Shown: in pieces, positions 61,410 to 64,000 of the stretch | Layout: each line of letters opens with the position of its first letter | How positions within the stretch are numbered: position 1 is the stretch's first letter | Source of the DNA: Malacoraja senta | Lineage: Eukaryota | DNA: 64,000 nucleotides | Reading direction: 5' to 3' | Assembly: GCA_038087875.1 (NCBI GenBank) | Contig: CM075982.1 | Span: 12,648,001-12,712,000 of the forward strand | Program-made: the position numbers and the translations under genes | Notes under the pieces: model-generated | Database searches by the model: none | Seen by the model: only the letters and a program-made list of their open reading frames with translations | What the model was told of the DNA's origin: nothing

Positions 61410-61875
61410 CCAGAATGCTGCCTGGATTAGAGAGCATTAGCTACACGGAGAGGTTGGACAAACTTTGATTATATTCTTCGGAATGTCGGGGGTTGAGGGG
61501 AAACCTGACAGGAGTATATAAAATGATGAGAGGCATAGATAGGGCAGACAGTCAGAACCTTTTTTCCCCAGATGAAATTAACAAATACTAGAGGATAAAG
61601 CTTTAAGGTGAGACAGGCAAAGTTTAAAGGATATGTGCAGGACAAGTATTTTTACACAGTGGATGGCGAGTGACTGGAATGCGTTGCCAGGGGTGGTAGT
61701 GGAGGCAGATACAATAATGGCATTTTAAAAGACTTTTGGATAGGCAGACGGATATGCCTATGGATTAGCATGGATATATATGGATTATGTGCAGGCAGAT
61801 AAGTGTTGGCCTTGGCATCATGTTCAGCTCAGACATCATGGGCAGAAGGTCCTGTTCCTGCGCTCTATGTTCTAA
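61410..61875 (+). mobile_element. CR1 3' fragment
   Basis: gaatgctgcctggattagag..gagaggttggacaaact..tail. Confidence 0.8.
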
Positions 61876-62172
61876 ATGAAGACAGGCATCCAGGACAGGT
61901 GATGTGTTGCAGCTGTATTACGTGGGAGCTGGAGGAAACTTAATGAGCACGACTATACTCCAAGAGTCTACAGATCAAGGAACTTCAACACCGAGTTGAT
62001 GAGCTGGAGTCTGAGATTTTTTATATCGTGATGCCACAGGAAAGGGGAAGTTACCTTGGGTTCCAAAAGGATGTCACGTCATTACCTTGAATCGAGGACT
62101 CCTTTCGCTCTGTGGGATTGTCATCAGCAAAAGGACTGTGGAAGGCTTCTTGTTGTCACCTGGCCAAGGGCA

Positions 62173-62445
62173 GTTTAGTTTTGTTTAGCGATTCGGCCCA
62201 CTGACCAGTGACCCCCACACATTAACACTTTCCTGCACACACTAGGGACAATTTATATTTATACCAAGCCAATTAACCTACAAAGCTGTATGTCTTTGGA
62301 GTGTGGGAGGAAAACCGAAGATCTCAGAGAAAATCCACGCAGGTCACGGGGAGAACGTACAATCTCCGTAGAGATAGCACCCATAGTCAGGATCGAAACC
62401 GGGTCTCTGGCGCTACAAGGCAGCAACTCTACCAAGCGCCACGGG
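62173..62445 (-). mobile_element. HE1/V-SINE-like SINE
   Basis: Family match. Confidence 0.85.
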
Positions 62446-63319
62446 CAGTTCTGAAAGGCAATAAATGCTGGTCATGTTAATTATGCTCAGATCCTCATAA
62501 TAGACTCTAAATAAGGATTTTGAGGACACACGTGTATTTCTAAACCCACCACTATTCAGCAGACGTATATTGACTGCTCATCAGTCTCTTGATGGTGAAG
62601 AGCACTGGGTTTATTCCCTGGATCTAAAGAAACCCATCAGTTCCCATTCAGAAATACAAAAGGTGGAGCAGTGTTCTTATTGCAGCCTTTCTTCTGCACC
62701 CAGAAATATCTTGGCTGCAAATAGAGCCAAGCTCTAAAAACAGCACTGGATGTACTCAAACCAAGACAAACTCAAATCTTCTCACATCATCGCTGCCATT
62801 AGATTACAGATTAAAGAAAACGTATACCTTCCATTACGGTTCCCAATTCTTCTCCTGTCACAATAGCAGTTCTGGCAGAAGATAAAAGCAAATCATTCAT
62901 CTCTCAGTCCTGTAATCTTCATTCATCAGATGAAACTGCCGTCTGCACAGTGCAGCCACCTGTCACCGATCCCTCTGTTGTGGTGAAGATTTACAGCAAC
63001 TGGGAACCCCCTCTGGGAAACTGTCATAGCAAATAAGTTTGCATTTATATAGTTGCTTGACAGATTCCACTGAAGCATGGCAAGGCAAAGGGTCTTCCAA
63101 CTTCACAGAAGGTGACCTGAAAGTCTGCCTAAGTATGATAAAGATGAAATGGAACAGGCTCCTTCCTGAGCTCCTCCATATCCCAGATATTTGGTGCAGG
63201 GTCAGAAAAAGCTGAGCATTTGGCTTGTGGAAGACAGGGAGGAAGAAGTGGTGAGACCCTGGGAGCCTGATGAAAGGATGGAAGGTATCCCTCTCAGGTC
63301 AGGGTTTGCATCTCCCAAT

Positions 63320-63660
63320 TTTCATAAGTTCATAAGTGATAGGAGCAGAATTAGGCCATTCGGCCCATCAAGTCGACACCATTCAATCATGGCTGATCTA
63401 TCTCTCCCTCCTAACCCCATTTGCCTGCCTTCTCCCCATAAACCCTGACACCTGTACTAATCAAGAATCTATATCTCTCCTTAAAAATATCCATTGACGT
63501 GGCCTCCACAGCCTTCTGTGGCAATGAATTCTACAGATTCACTGCCTTCTGATTCCTCCTTATCTCCTTCCAAAAGGAACATCCTTTAAATATGCTATGA
63601 CCTCTGGTCCTAGACTCTCCCACTAGTGGAAACATCCTCCCCACATCCACTCTATCCTCT
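63320..63660 (-). mobile_element. CR1 3' end
   Basis: DRVDVGRMFPLVGESRTRGHS. Confidence 0.85.
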
Positions 63661-63689
63661 TTTCCTCTTGTCCAGCAGTTTTCTCCCAA

Positions 63690-64000
63690 AGGTAGTAATG
63701 GGACCATTAAGACATCATAATACAATCAAGCAGAGTCAACACGGTTTTATGGAAAGAAAATCTTATTTAAACAAATGATTTAGATTTTTGTAAAGATAAC
63801 AAACAGATTGGATGAAAGGAAAAAAATAGATGAAGTGGTTATTAATTTTCAGAAGGCATTCAATTGCTACAAAAGATGAGATACAGTTGTGAGTGACATA
63901 TATTTGCTCAGACAGAAGATTGGCTGAAAAATAGAGTTGGGATAAAATGAATTGGCAAGTTGTGTCACAGGATCAGTACTGGGCATCCGGCTATTTTCAA
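63690..64000 (+). mobile_element. Old CR1 RT fragment
   Basis: cagagtcaacacggtttt (QSQHGF), ttttcagaaggcattc (FQKAF), caggatcagtactggg. Confidence 0.65.

Overview
Repeat-dense, gene-poor vertebrate genomic DNA. The repeat inventory (HE1/V-SINE-like tRNA SINEs, Deu-domain SINE relics, abundant CR1 LINEs, short Penelope-type elements) points to a cartilaginous fish, most likely a skate or ray (inference). I recognise no host protein-coding gene; the window reads as intergenic DNA or part of a very long intron, with one 200-N assembly gap (46790-46989). Main structures: (1) a structurally complete but coding-dead DIRS1-type tyrosine-recombinase retrotransposon (19755-24247, minus strand) with inverted terminal repeats and an internal complementary region (ICR), plus the 5' end of a second copy at 1-673; (2) an ancient fragmented Gypsy LTR-retrotransposon fossil (about 15790-19100) peppered with younger insertions; (3) a young 5'-truncated CR1, an L1 3' end with target-site duplication (TSD), and hAT-like and Harbinger-like MITEs; (4) many short Penelope-derived insertions carrying a minimal hammerhead-ribozyme motif, often fold-back and flanked by 10-14 bp TSDs. 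The most intriguing non-repeat signal is a consensus-like recursive-splicing site (polypyrimidine-AG|GTGAGT plus a downstream 5' splice site) on the minus strand at about 6560-6670. All family assignments come from recognising motifs by eye; no database search was run. Most short ORFs in the supplied track are spurious or transposon-derived.
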